A stretch of DNA of 58,241 bases from an uncultured virus (IMG/VR IMGVR_UViG_3300028797_000120) (lineage: Duplodnaviria; Heunggongvirae; Uroviricota; Caudoviricetes), in IMG/VR virus record IMGVR_UViG_3300028797_000120, positions 62,001 to 120,241 of that record; one strand, written 5' to 3'. Under the pieces are notes generated by a model. The model saw only the letters and a list, made by a program, of their open reading frames with translations, did no database searches and was not told the origin of the DNA. Both the position numbers and the translations under genes were made by a program. The stretch's first letter is position 1, and each line of letters begins with the position of its first letter. Shown here one piece after another: positions 10,903-20,632 of the stretch.

Positions 10903-11253
10903 TCATTCCAACACCACCCTTTCCCCGAGGCTGATTACGTAGTGCGGCGCGTCGGGCTCGCCCCACTCTGGATGCGGGTGAGGCCTGTAGCCCACTACGT
11001 ACAAATCGCCAATCGGCCACGGATGCGCTCGGAAGAACATGCCCGGCTTCGCGTACCCGAGAGAAAACGCAACAACAAGATACGTTTTCCTGCCACACAA
11101 CCGTCGATCAATCCAGTTTCTGATTCTCACGTCCCAATAGAGCTTTTCTTCACGGTACTCCTCCTTCTTTTCTCCGCTTGCGATCATGTCGTACCACTTT
11201 CGCTTCAGCGTGAGGTTAAGCACGGAGCAGTCTTCTCGTTTCAGCGTTTGCAT
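10903..11253 (-). CDS. ASCH-domain protein
   Basis: LNLTLKRKWYDMIASGEKKEEYRE fits the ASCH GxKxxExR motif. Confidence 0.75.
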   Translation of the reverse strand: MQTLKREDCSVLNLTLKRKWYDMIASGEKKEEYREEKLYWDVRIRNWIDRRLCGRKTYLVVAFSLGYAKPGMFFRAHPWPIGDLYVVGYRPHPHPEWGEPDAPHYVISLGERVVLE

Positions 11254-11831
11254 TCTTTTCCACTCCCTATTTCGCTGTCTCTCCGTATCGCATCCTTACT
11301 ATTGCAACCAATGATCATGTCGCTACTTTCTTCTCCTTTCTTCGATATCATCCACTTCACTACGCACTCCGCGCAGTTGTGGGGGCATTGAGTCCTCGGA
11401 TCTTCCCAGTCGTTATCGTAATGATCGCAAACTTCCGACCTGAATCTCCTTGTGATTTCTTCTGCGGATTCAGCTGTGTCACAATTCCTCGATGGCTCGA
11501 CCATGGCATGCCTCATCATGGCAATGCACATCTTCATGCACCCGACAAGGAACAAAACATCATCACCGAAGTCTTTGTCGGCGACGGCTTCGTTCATGTA
11601 CTTCGAGCACAACTCCAACGTTTTGCGCATCGCATTTGTGTTTCCGGCTTCATGTCCATATACCTCTTTGTTCATCCTATCGCAGATGGATTCTGCGCGT
11701 TCGATCCTCCAATCCCTGTAAGTATCAGTGTCCCAGCGGAACAATACATCGTGATTCGACGAGCAACGTATCGCCACGACAGAAGTCCCGTAATCAACAT
11801 AGAATGGCTTTCCTCCTCCCGTTATACTCAT
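11241..11831 (-). CDS. RNCD-motif paralog family protein
   Basis: GNTNAMRKTLE...PSRNCD...Cys cluster...W. Confidence 0.7.
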   Translation of the reverse strand: MSITGGGKPFYVDYGTSVVAIRCSSNHDVLFRWDTDTYRDWRIERAESICDRMNKEVYGHEAGNTNAMRKTLELCSKYMNEAVADKDFGDDVLFLVGCMKMCIAMMRHAMVEPSRNCDTAESAEEITRRFRSEVCDHYDNDWEDPRTQCPHNCAECVVKWMISKKGEESSDMIIGCNSKDAIRRDSEIGSGKECKR

Positions 11832-12039
11832 TCAGCGCCTTCTTCCTTCTCTATGAGTTCAGCAAGGTGTTTGATGTCTTCGCTGATCCGGTTTAGGTTT
11901 TGGTACTGCTCAACGAGCCGGTGTAGCGCGTTGTCCGCAGTGAATTCGCCATACCCGACACCTCGAATAGCGTCGTAAATACATAAGCAGGAAGAATCAA
12001 CACGAAATGACAGAGAAATCAGTTTGCCCCTGAGGTCCT

Positions 12040-12300
12040 TCATTCATCACCGCCTTTCTTATCCGCCTTTGCGTACAGCCACTCATCGAACTTCTTTTGG
12101 TCCTGCATATCATCTGCGCAATCGTTCTGCCATGCGACCCACGCTTCATGCAGATTCTGATACGTGTCGCAGTTCCTCGCGGGCGCGGCGAGGGCGGCGT
12201 CACACCTAATGACCGGCTCCACAAAACCATTGAGGGCCAAAACATCACGAGCATACTTTAGCGCGTCTCGGAGCGCGACGGCGTTTCCGTTTTCAGCCAT
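12040..12300 (-). CDS. RNCD-motif paralog family protein
   Basis: Start MAENGNAVALRDAL at 12300 after GGAGG; AALAAPARNCD. Confidence 0.7.
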   Translation of the reverse strand: MAENGNAVALRDALKYARDVLALNGFVEPVIRCDAALAAPARNCDTYQNLHEAWVAWQNDCADDMQDQKKFDEWLYAKADKKGGDE

Positions 12301-12301
12301 T

Positions 12302-12601
12302 TTACGCCTCCTTCCCTTCCTGGGCAAAGAGCCAGCGCACAAACGCGAAAACCTCGTCCATATCGTCCCACAGTTCGATGTCGGCCCAAACCTTGTGTCC
12401 GCGAATCCTCTGGAACTCCAGCCGCGCCTCCTCCGCCGTTGCGAATCTGTTGCAGTTGAGCGGAGGTGTAGAAAGTGCGTAACGAGCATTTTGTGCCAAC
12501 TGGTGTAGCACAGGTGAGATGCTCATACAGCAACGACAAGTGGTCTGATAATAGGAGATCATAGACTCAAGCGCCTCTCTCATCTGCTCGTATGCGTTCA
12601 T
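12302..12601 (-). CDS. RNCD-motif paralog family protein
   Basis: MNAYEQMREALE...PPLNCN. Confidence 0.7.
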   Translation of the reverse strand: MNAYEQMREALESMISYYQTTCRCCMSISPVLHQLAQNARYALSTPPLNCNRFATAEEARLEFQRIRGHKVWADIELWDDMDEVFAFVRWLFAQEGKEA

Positions 12602-12945
12602 TCCGCACCTCCTTCATCCGCCGTGGTGAGGGTCCACAGGCCAAACCAGTATTCTGGTGTCAGGTTTTGGTTGTACTTCCACAACTCGTTCTCAAGAAAG
12701 TAATCTTTAGCGGATATGTAGTCATCGAACTTATCGCAGTTCCTCGCTGGCGCGGCGAGGGCTTTTTGGATTGCCGTCTTCGCCTCGCACAAATCACGAT
12801 GTCCGCACAGTATGTCACCACAGTTCGCATTTATCGTGCTGTTCTCCCAAGCGAGACTGTCGCAAGTATGATTTGCTCGGGCATGGTTGCATATTGCCTT
12901 CTTCGCTATCTCCAGCGCCTCGCGCATCTGCTTGTATGCGTTCAT
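12598..12945 (-). CDS. RNCD-motif paralog family protein
   Basis: MNAYKQMREALE...ALAAPARNCD; start 12945. Confidence 0.7.
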   Translation of the reverse strand: MNAYKQMREALEIAKKAICNHARANHTCDSLAWENSTINANCGDILCGHRDLCEAKTAIQKALAAPARNCDKFDDYISAKDYFLENELWKYNQNLTPEYWFGLWTLTTADEGGAE

Positions 12946-13325
12946 CCCTTCGCCTCTCCTTCCGCCGTGTACGGCATCTGCGCCCACACCAATTGACACG
13001 ATTCGCTCCCTGTTTGCCTAAAATCCCATCTCGCATGAACAGGGCAATCACAACAATCTTGCGCTTTGCATTGTTTTCTGTATCGCTCGTACTGCTCCTC
13101 CGCCGTGCCAACGTCGCAGTTGCGGCGCGTTTCAGCGTTCTCACCCTTCACCTCAACAACGATGACGAACACGTCCTTCGAGTCTCTCCTCTCCTCGATC
13201 CGCACCCCCGCGATGTCGAGCGGGATCCTCTCCCCGTCCCGCTCGATCTCCACCGGCACGTTCGAGTCAGACAGCCTCTGCGCCATCCTCCCGATCTCCG
13301 TCGCCACCGTCATCCACCCCATCAT
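12942..13325 (-). CDS. RNCD-motif paralog family protein
   Basis: RRNCDVGTAEEQ...CCDCP...CQLVWAQMPY. Confidence 0.7.
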   Translation of the reverse strand: MMGWMTVATEIGRMAQRLSDSNVPVEIERDGERIPLDIAGVRIEERRDSKDVFVIVVEVKGENAETRRNCDVGTAEEQYERYRKQCKAQDCCDCPVHARWDFRQTGSESCQLVWAQMPYTAEGEAKG

Positions 13326-13512
13326 TTCGACACCTCTTTTTTCATCTTCCGATCCTTCTTCCTAACGTAGTACTGGCACTCTCCCGGCGAGCACGGCTTG
13401 TCGTCCTCCATCTCGTCTAGTTCGCAGAAACAGTGCGAGACAACCCTCTCGCATTCACTGTCAAGCACGATACCCGTTCTAAAGAACGCGCACTTGCTGT
13501 TTTTGTGGGCAA

Positions 13513-13902
13513 TCATCGGCTCGCATCCCCTTCCGCCGTGTACTGCATCTGCGCCCATTCCAATTGGCATAGCAATTCACCATGTCCTTCCTGCCTTAAT
13601 TTTATGTGTATAGGGCAATCTTCCGCGCATCTCACATTGCCTCTATATGAGCATGGATTGTATCTGTCCGTGAATTTACAATACCTTCTAGACTGCTCAT
13701 CCGGCGTCCCCACGTCGCAGTTGCGGCGAGGAAGGTCAAGGGCGGCGCGGGCTTCTTTGAGAACTGATAGGGTGTGCTCGCTATTCATGTGGCAGTTGGG
13801 CGATTTGATTGCTATGGCTAGCGTATTCTCATCAACCCCCATGTTATACAATACATCAAGAAGTTTCTCCAAAGCCTCCCTCATCTGCTCGTATGCGTTC
13901 AT
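13513..13902 (-). CDS. RNCD-motif paralog family protein
   Basis: MNAYEQMREALE...RRNCDVGTPDEQ...CQLEWAQMQY; start 13902. Confidence 0.7.
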   Translation of the reverse strand: MNAYEQMREALEKLLDVLYNMGVDENTLAIAIKSPNCHMNSEHTLSVLKEARAALDLPRRNCDVGTPDEQSRRYCKFTDRYNPCSYRGNVRCAEDCPIHIKLRQEGHGELLCQLEWAQMQYTAEGDASR

Positions 13903-14710
13903 TTGGGGCCTCCCTCCTGTTCGATCCGCTCTATGTAACGAACGGCATCTGTGAGCGTGTCGCACTCCGTGACGCTCGTCAGTCTTTCGTCGTTCTTTGA
14001 AACGCGCCAACGGACATGACCGTTAATCCTGTCGTAGCCGTAGATAGTTATACAAGTTATAACATACCTTCCGTCGAAGTAGTATTGGCTAGCATCGACC
14101 TTTGTCAATCTGCCGCCTATCATTCCGCCCTCCTTTCCCTGCTGGTCGCAATTTGCTATACCAGAACTTGCGCTTTTCGCGCTTCCACAGCAACCGCGCA
14201 ATCTTGCAAACAATCTTGTCCCTGTCTTCATGGTAGTCCAGCTGTTCGCCAAACACCCAACCAACTGCCCATTCGTATGACGCATCATAGCGGAGGAGCG
14301 TTACCTCCCCGTTTGTCGTTCCAAAGCGGGAAATTTTATTGTAGAAGATGTTTCGCGCCTCTCTTCTTATTTTGCGTAGTAGTTTAGTCTTCATTCAGCA
14401 CCGCCTTTCCTTTTGCGATAGTGTTCATGATCGAACATCTTTACCAACTGATCCTCTCTCATACCTTGTACTTTATGGTTGCAGAAATCTACCAAGTCTT
14501 TAAGCGTTCCATCAACCCAGTGCCGTATGACTCTAAAATCATCAGCAAGTTTTGTCTCTCTAAATCTGTAGTGGTATCTCTTGAAATCTTTGCACGCATA
14601 ATCAATGTTGATTTTCGCCGCCCTAAGATGCGCGAGGATTATTGCATCCTCGACAATTTCAACATCGTCAATGGTCGTTGTCTTCGCTTTGCTCTTCTTC
14701 TTTCGCTCAC

Positions 14711-15121
14711 TCATTCCGCGCCTCCTTTCTCCGCCTGGTCGAAGAGCCACGCTTCGGTTGAAATTTCAACTCCTATGATTCGACCTTGCGCATCTTTCGG
14801 GTGGTTTCGCAATTCGGAGTACATTTCCGCCAAAGACAAGAACAAATCGCAGTTCCTCGCCGGTGCGGCGAGGGCTGCCATCGTCTTGTTGTATGCTGTT
14901 TCGAACAGTCCTCTCATATACTCGTTCATCGGATGGTCTACCCTCCATAGGTAGTCCATACAAGATTCCAGCGCCTCGCGCATCGCCGCCGCGTTGCCAA
15001 CGGGCGGATGTTCGTGATACGTCGGTGAGTTGCATCCGTTCGGCTCACCGTAGTATTCGCAGAACGTTGGCTCAATCTCTCCGTCTGCGCATTTAGCGCA
15101 AATTCCATTCCAATCTCTCAT
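14711..15121 (-). CDS. RNCD-motif paralog family protein
   Basis: GNAAAMREALE...AALAAPARNCD; start MRDWNG at 15121. Confidence 0.7.
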   Translation of the reverse strand: MRDWNGICAKCADGEIEPTFCEYYGEPNGCNSPTYHEHPPVGNAAAMREALESCMDYLWRVDHPMNEYMRGLFETAYNKTMAALAAPARNCDLFLSLAEMYSELRNHPKDAQGRIIGVEISTEAWLFDQAEKGGAE

Positions 15122-15178
15122 TTCTCTCCTTCTACCCGCATTCATACACGACACAGCCAATCGTCACTTCCATTGAGC

Positions 15179-16102
15179 TTACCCCATCTTAACGATCTTT
15201 CCGCCACAGAGCGCGTACCATGTGTCGGGCTTGTACTTTTTACCGTCGATCCGTATCGCCTTCACGCCGAGGACGTTGTTTTCGCCGTCGCGCTCGGTGA
15301 GGACAAGCCAGCTTCCTAGCGATCCACGCGCCTTGCAGTTGGAGCCAAGGACGACCGCTATGGCGTTCTCTCCCATTGACTCGGCTTCTGAAAAATCACC
15401 GGCAGCAACTGCGTTTGACGAGTCTCCCGAAGTTATGGCGGTTGCGCCGAGTCCCGAAGTCATGGCGTGTGACCTGAATCCGGAAGTTTTTGCGCATGCG
15501 TTTATTCCGGTAGTTGCGGCGTTCGCCCAGGATCCAGAAGTCTCGGCACTCGCGCCGTATCCAGAAGTCATGGCGTTCGCGTTGTTTCCAGAAGTCGCGA
15601 CGTGCGCGTTGTTTCCAGAAGTCGCGGCGTGTGCGAAGGCTCCCGAAGTCGCGGCGTTTGCGAAGGCTCCCGAAGTCGCGGCGTTTGCGAAGACACCGGA
15701 AGTCGCGGCGTGCGCGTTGTTTCCAGAAGTCGCGACGTGCGCGTTGTTTCCAGAAGTCGCGACGTTTGAGCAGCGTTTTCTCGTACCAGCATGTGCTCTG
15801 ACAAAGTCGATTTCAGCCTTGACCAGGTCAGCTATAGTTATCCTGGGTCCGATCTTGATTCTGGTCGAAGCTACCTTCGTCCCTTCGCCGTTGTGTACGA
15901 TTTCGCCGTCAAGCTCGACCTCGTGATAAACGGATTCTCCCGGTTTGTAGTAGCTGAAACATTCCAACGGGTCTTCACAGGCGTGGAATCCGCATTCACA
16001 AATTTCAGCCCTGTCCGTCTCGTAAGACTTGCCCTCCTCGTACTGGAAGCCACGGCAAGTCATGTCCCTGTTAAATCCTTTATAAGCCTTCATCCGCACC
16101 AC
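15179..16102 (-). CDS. Phage protein with 9-aa ATSG solenoid repeats
   Basis: N-terminal KAYKGF..DMTCRGFQYEEG...GFHACEDP motif common in phages; central ATSGxxAxA repeats; C-terminal IDGKKYKPDTWY. Confidence 0.85.
   Translation of the reverse strand: MVRMKAYKGFNRDMTCRGFQYEEGKSYETDRAEICECGFHACEDPLECFSYYKPGESVYHEVELDGEIVHNGEGTKVASTRIKIGPRITIADLVKAEIDFVRAHAGTRKRCSNVATSGNNAHVATSGNNAHAATSGVFANAATSGAFANAATSGAFAHAATSGNNAHVATSGNNANAMTSGYGASAETSGSWANAATTGINACAKTSGFRSHAMTSGLGATAITSGDSSNAVAAGDFSEAESMGENAIAVVLGSNCKARGSLGSWLVLTERDGENNVLGVKAIRIDGKKYKPDTWYALCGGKIVKMG
15533..15766. repeat. 27-bp in-frame tandem repeat
   Basis: Units such as tttccagaagtcgcgacgtgcgcgttg recur in about 9 degenerate copies. 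Confidence 0.9.
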
Positions 16103-16583
16103 CTTTCCTATCCCTCTTTCTGAGATTAAATGACTCGCACAGCGTATAGACAGGCATGCCGGTGTATGCGCTCACAGCGTCGTCGTACGTCCGCTGCCAC
16201 TCACCGTAGTATAATGGGCCTCCGAAAATGCAGTCGCAATACGCGATGAACCACTCGCCTGTCTCGTGTGGTGGTATCACATAGCCGTCACCTCGACACG
16301 GAAGACTGATTCTCCCCCTTTCGCATTCATACTCAATAAAGCGCTTCCATCTCTTGTAAGGACTTTCCCCTAAATCCGGATTGTTTAGAATGAAAGCCAT
16401 TTCGTCATCGGTTCCAGTGAACTTGAACGACGCAACCTCTATAGGGCTCCCGCAGTCTTCGCATTCTTTGAGATAGACATTTCCGTTATTCGCTATGAAA
16501 ATGTCATCTCTGCTTCTGATCTCGTCAAGAAGATCTCCTATAATCTCCATGAGCTGCCTTGAGCTTAACTTCTCCAGCATCAT
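16080..16583 (-). CDS. Hypothetical protein
   Basis: 167-aa ORF with Cys motifs. Confidence 0.6.
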   Translation of the reverse strand: MMLEKLSSRQLMEIIGDLLDEIRSRDDIFIANNGNVYLKECEDCGSPIEVASFKFTGTDDEMAFILNNPDLGESPYKRWKRFIEYECERGRISLPCRGDGYVIPPHETGEWFIAYCDCIFGGPLYYGEWQRTYDDAVSAYTGMPVYTLCESFNLRKRDRKGGADEGL

Positions 16584-17235
16584 CCTGCCCTTTCTTCCCC
16601 TTTCCGTCCATTCCGTCTGAATCAGGCCACTCTTTGTTCTCTTTTAAAACCTTCTTTTCACCACATTTCTCCTTTCTTTTTTCGTTTAGTCCAGAGTTGT
16701 TCGCGCGCGTTCCTTCCTCGTAGAACACGCAGCCTTTACTCCTGCACCTTACGTATCCTTCCTGAAGACCGCAGGCCCAGTACCTTACGCTTTTCCATGG
16801 CTCTCCGTGGAAAAGCCCGCTCCTTATGCTAATCGCGCGGAAGGCGTGTCTGCATGTTTTCATTAACGCTCCTTATCATTGCTTTTAAATCTGTCGCCGA
16901 TCTCGTAGTCCGGGCATCCGCCATCAGTGTTCCTCGCGATCGCCGAAGGGAAATCATTCCACCATCCCTGCCCCGGCTTTCCGACTTCCGGATCCGTATC
17001 TTTCTCGCACATGAATCCGTCTGGAACAGCGTCCTCTATATGACCGAACCCTACATACCCTCCATCATCACCTTTTACGAAAGCCCCCCTGAATTTGCAT
17101 GAAAGGCAGTTTCTGTGCCCTGGATCAAATCTGCAGTCGTGACGGGAAGGTGTCTTAAAATTTTTCCCGCACCACCTGCATCGGTACATTGTAACCTTTT
17201 CCATCGATCTCATTCCAGTTCCTCTATTCCACTTC

Positions 17236-17787
17236 TCACTTCGAAGCTGTTTTTTCCACATCCTTGTCTGCGCATGCCTTCACGAACACTACGAACCACG
17301 TAAACTTCGACCCGCTCCTCGAAACCGTCTTATGCCAGATGAGCGGAGGGTACTCCTTAGGCGCTAGACCGAGCATATAGTCTATCGACTTGAACGAGTC
17401 GCACCACTTAAAGATAAGAGTTCCGTTTTTCTTCAGCACCCTGAAGCACTCTGCGAAACCCTTCCTAAGGTCTTCCTCCCACTTAAATCCAAGCGATCCG
17501 TATTTGTAGAACATGAAGCTCGTCTCGCCGCACTTGAGATGCGGAGGGTCGAAGATCACGATGCTGAACGACTCGTCAGGGAATTCCATTTTCCTGAAGT
17601 CCCCGACGATGTCCGGCCTGACCTCGAAGTAGGATCCGTTACTCTCTATCTTGTGCCGCTCGACTACCCTGATGTCCTGTCCGACAACGCGTGTGTCCCG
17701 CTTGTCGAAGTAAAACATCCGCCCTCCGCAGCACGCGTCGAGGACTGGTCTAGATCCGATATCCATTTCTCTGACATCCTGTTCCAT
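17236..17787 (-). CDS. SAM-dependent DNA methyltransferase (amino-methylase type)
   Basis: VLDACCGGRMFYFDK SAM-binding motif, FDPPH catalytic motif, ECFRVLKKNGTLIFKW. Confidence 0.85.
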   Translation of the reverse strand: MEQDVREMDIGSRPVLDACCGGRMFYFDKRDTRVVGQDIRVVERHKIESNGSYFEVRPDIVGDFRKMEFPDESFSIVIFDPPHLKCGETSFMFYKYGSLGFKWEEDLRKGFAECFRVLKKNGTLIFKWCDSFKSIDYMLGLAPKEYPPLIWHKTVSRSGSKFTWFVVFVKACADKDVEKTASK

Positions 17788-17945
17788 GCTTCCACCGCTC
17801 CCTGAAAAGTGTCTGACGCTTCGGCCGTTAACCCGCAGTTCGGACAGACGAAATACACGTCCGATCCGGAAGGGAACGACTTAACCAGCTCAAGACCGAC
17901 ATTCCTGTTGCCGCACCTAGGGCAATGCATTTTTCTGTCTACCAT
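17664..17945 (-). CDS. Lar-like (restriction alleviation) zinc-ribbon protein
   Basis: CPRCG...VCPNCG...AVEAWNR pattern. Confidence 0.6.
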   Translation of the reverse strand: MVDRKMHCPRCGNRNVGLELVKSFPSGSDVYFVCPNCGLTAEASDTFQGAVEAWNRMSEKWISDLDQSSTRAAEGGCFTSTSGTHALSDRTSG

Positions 17946-17957
17946 GGCACACCTCCA

Positions 17958-18323
17958 TTAGAACGGCATCTCGTCATCTTCCCTGTCCTCTCCGGGGAAG
18001 TCTGCCGCCGCAGAGGACGCCCTTTCGCACGCACCGATCGACGCGAGCGACAGCCACATCGAGTACTTTTTCCATTTACCCGAACCGTCTTTCCTGTCCA
18101 GCTCGTCAACCTTTCCGTTCAGGTATCCGGTCACGTGAACCGTTGCCCCGACCTTCGCGAACCCGTCCTGTGGCCCTAGAGGCTCTGGATCTTTCGTTGT
18201 GAACGCGAATGGGCTCGGATATGCCCCCTGCTCCTCAACAACAATCGTGTATCGCGTAACTCCGTCCTTTCCAATCCTCTTCGTCCTCTCCCGGACGACT
18301 CCATTCATGCTGACCTTCATCAT
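17958..18323 (-). CDS. OB-fold SSB-like protein
   Basis: VHVTGYLNG beta pattern and acidic tail ending DDEMPF, typical of SSB tails. Confidence 0.65.
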   Translation of the reverse strand: MMKVSMNGVVRERTKRIGKDGVTRYTIVVEEQGAYPSPFAFTTKDPEPLGPQDGFAKVGATVHVTGYLNGKVDELDRKDGSGKWKKYSMWLSLASIGACERASSAAADFPGEDREDDEMPF

Positions 18324-18539
18324 TCATCCTCCGAATATGGATCGTCACCGAACATCATCGCCATCACATGACCAAGTGCCCGAATGACGGTTTCGACATC
18401 ATCTGTTAAAGAAGTAACCGCATCGCCCACGGAACCGTATCCAAGCTCATAAGCAAAGCTTGACAATCCTTCCAGAGCGTTCACCGCATCATCCTTGACC
18501 TTATGGTACCGATCCCACGCTTTTACCCTTTCTGTCATG

Positions 18540-19118
18540 TCATTCATATCGTTTCCCGCTTTCGTGCCCATCGGACTCCTCTTTCTCTTGACGTTCGCAC
18601 TTCACGCATACATCGTTCAGCTCAGAGTCACCGATGACATATGGGAGCGCAGACCACCCTAATGACTCTTCGTCGAATCCGCCCTTCAGACCTCCCTCGA
18701 AATCGTCAGACGGCATGAAGAAAGGAAGATTGGTGAACACTTTCCTGTCTTTCACAAGGCCTCCGGCAGTCACTACATAATGCTCCTGGTAGCCCATCCC
18801 TTCTTCCTCAGCCCAGATTTCGATTCCGACGCCCAGAGCCTTGCAGATACACTGAAGAGGCCTCTTAACAGAACCGTTCTCCATGCTGTAGCTAGGCTGG
18901 TCCATGTTAATCCATTCGCTTATTCCCCAAGCGACGTCCCCGCATAGGCCACAAACCCAGTATCCGTCATCTTCGTGAGCCTCATCGTACACGTCGCAGC
19001 AGAAGCATCTGTATACGAAGAACTCACTGTCCCTGTATATTAAGATGTCATATACCCTATCGACGGATTCCTTCGTCCTACCTACGACGTGCATATCGTA
19101 GAAACAGTTGTTCGCCAT
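18540..19118 (-). CDS. Hypothetical protein
   Basis: 192-aa ORF. Confidence 0.65.
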   Translation of the reverse strand: MANNCFYDMHVVGRTKESVDRVYDILIYRDSEFFVYRCFCCDVYDEAHEDDGYWVCGLCGDVAWGISEWINMDQPSYSMENGSVKRPLQCICKALGVGIEIWAEEEGMGYQEHYVVTAGGLVKDRKVFTNLPFFMPSDDFEGGLKGGFDEESLGWSALPYVIGDSELNDVCVKCERQEKEESDGHESGKRYE

Positions 19119-19604
19119 ACAGACTCTTCTTATTTTCCTTTTACTACACCTGACATGTCCAGGAGCTCTGAGTACTTCGCCTCGGCCTCGCCGGGAGGAA
19201 GCGACCTGAGTTCCTCGAACGCCTCGAGAAGTTCGTCACCGTAGAACGACACGACCTCTCGGTAGTGCGCGTATTCGATACCAAGATCATTCCAGTTCGG
19301 TCCCTTGATGTAGGGTATCAGCCTTCCCGGATCTTTCACGTATCCGGGATTCACCTTCATGAGAGACTTTGCCCACTTCCTGAACTGATTCATAAGCTCT
19401 GACTGCTTTTTCTTCATTCTCCAATCTCCTTTCCAACATCGCAACCGTCTATAACGGACTCAGCGAAACTGACCATATCCGCCTTGCTCTTCTCCCACGC
19501 TGACTCAAGCTCCGCTCCGTCCCATCCTTTCTCTGCTATCGCACTGTCGCAATGGCTAAACTTAAGGACGAGCCTAGCGAGCTTAACGAGCCTCTCTTCT
19601 TCAA

Positions 19605-20003
19605 CTAACGGCATGTCATTTCCTCAACATCATATCCTCTTGACCTAAGCCAGTCGGCTATCAGGTGCCTGTGGCTGAAGCACAGCCTAGTCTTCTTCCT
19701 GTCCTCGTATCCCTCCCATGCCGTAAGTATCCTGTTGTTGTACCTGCTCGCTATGTCGTCTGCGTCAAGCGCGGCGAACCTCATGGTATACAGTTGGGAG
19801 AACCGCTGGACGCTCATTTTGCCCTTCATGAACTTCCATAGCATTCCGAACGGAGGGGCGAGCTCGTCAGCGACAGGAAGATGGAAACCTGGAGGCTGCT
19901 GAAGGCAGACGCTCACGGCCCTGTCGGACCTGTCTCCAAGTCCGGAAAAGTAACAGGTGTAGATCATATTAAAAAACCTCCGTCGGACGTCTGCCTTATC
20001 CAC
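19605..20003 (-). CDS. DUF488-like protein
   Basis: IYTCYF, ELAPP, and SHRHLIADWL motifs. Confidence 0.6.
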   Translation of the reverse strand: MDKADVRRRFFNMIYTCYFSGLGDRSDRAVSVCLQQPPGFHLPVADELAPPFGMLWKFMKGKMSVQRFSQLYTMRFAALDADDIASRYNNRILTAWEGYEDRKKTRLCFSHRHLIADWLRSRGYDVEEMTCR

Positions 20004-20632
20004 GGCTCTACCCTACGCCTGCTCTTCTTCGACTTAATCTCGACCATCTTGAACATCTGTGCGAACCGGTCGGCGACACGCCTCTCGTACCGCTTCAGGA
20101 TGTCGGACGCTCCAAGGTTTGAAGTCATGTGCGTCCTGCACGACCTTCTGGCCATACGCATCTCGAGAAGGTAAGGGAACACCTCGACCTTCTCACCGTA
20201 ATGGTTGAGCATCGGCTCTGCGCCAACGTCGTCGATCAGCACGTCCATCTCATATGTCCTCTCGGACCACTTTGCGGCGTCCTCCATCGTCCACCCCTGG
20301 GTCTCCAGCATGGAGAGCTTCACGATAGGCTGAATTCCCATCGACCTCCTGACTGAGTTCAAGCACTCGAAGAAGAAGGTCTTCCCGACGCCGACCGCTC
20401 CGCATATCCACAGGTTGTAGCCTCTCATGTAGTCGTTCAGCGCGGACAGCGCGTCAGCACCCATCTCGTATCCGCACCTAACCATCATTCCAGCCACACG
20501 CTCCACCGTCTCATCCGGGATATCAGACGGTTCCTTTTGCACAGGAATAGGAACTGACGAAAGCCTCTTCGCCATGGCTTGGAAGTCATGCTTACCCAGA
20601 TCAGCCTTTTTATCGACCATTTTCTCCTCCAT
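19964..20632 (-). CDS. DnaC/IstB-like AAA+ helicase loader
   Basis: Walker A GAVGVGKT, Walker B LIDDVGAE, TSNL...RYERRVADRF; follows the initiator gene. Confidence 0.85.
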   Translation of the reverse strand: MEEKMVDKKADLGKHDFQAMAKRLSSVPIPVQKEPSDIPDETVERVAGMMVRCGYEMGADALSALNDYMRGYNLWICGAVGVGKTFFFECLNSVRRSMGIQPIVKLSMLETQGWTMEDAAKWSERTYEMDVLIDDVGAEPMLNHYGEKVEVFPYLLEMRMARRSCRTHMTSNLGASDILKRYERRVADRFAQMFKMVEIKSKKSRRRVEPWIRQTSDGGFLI

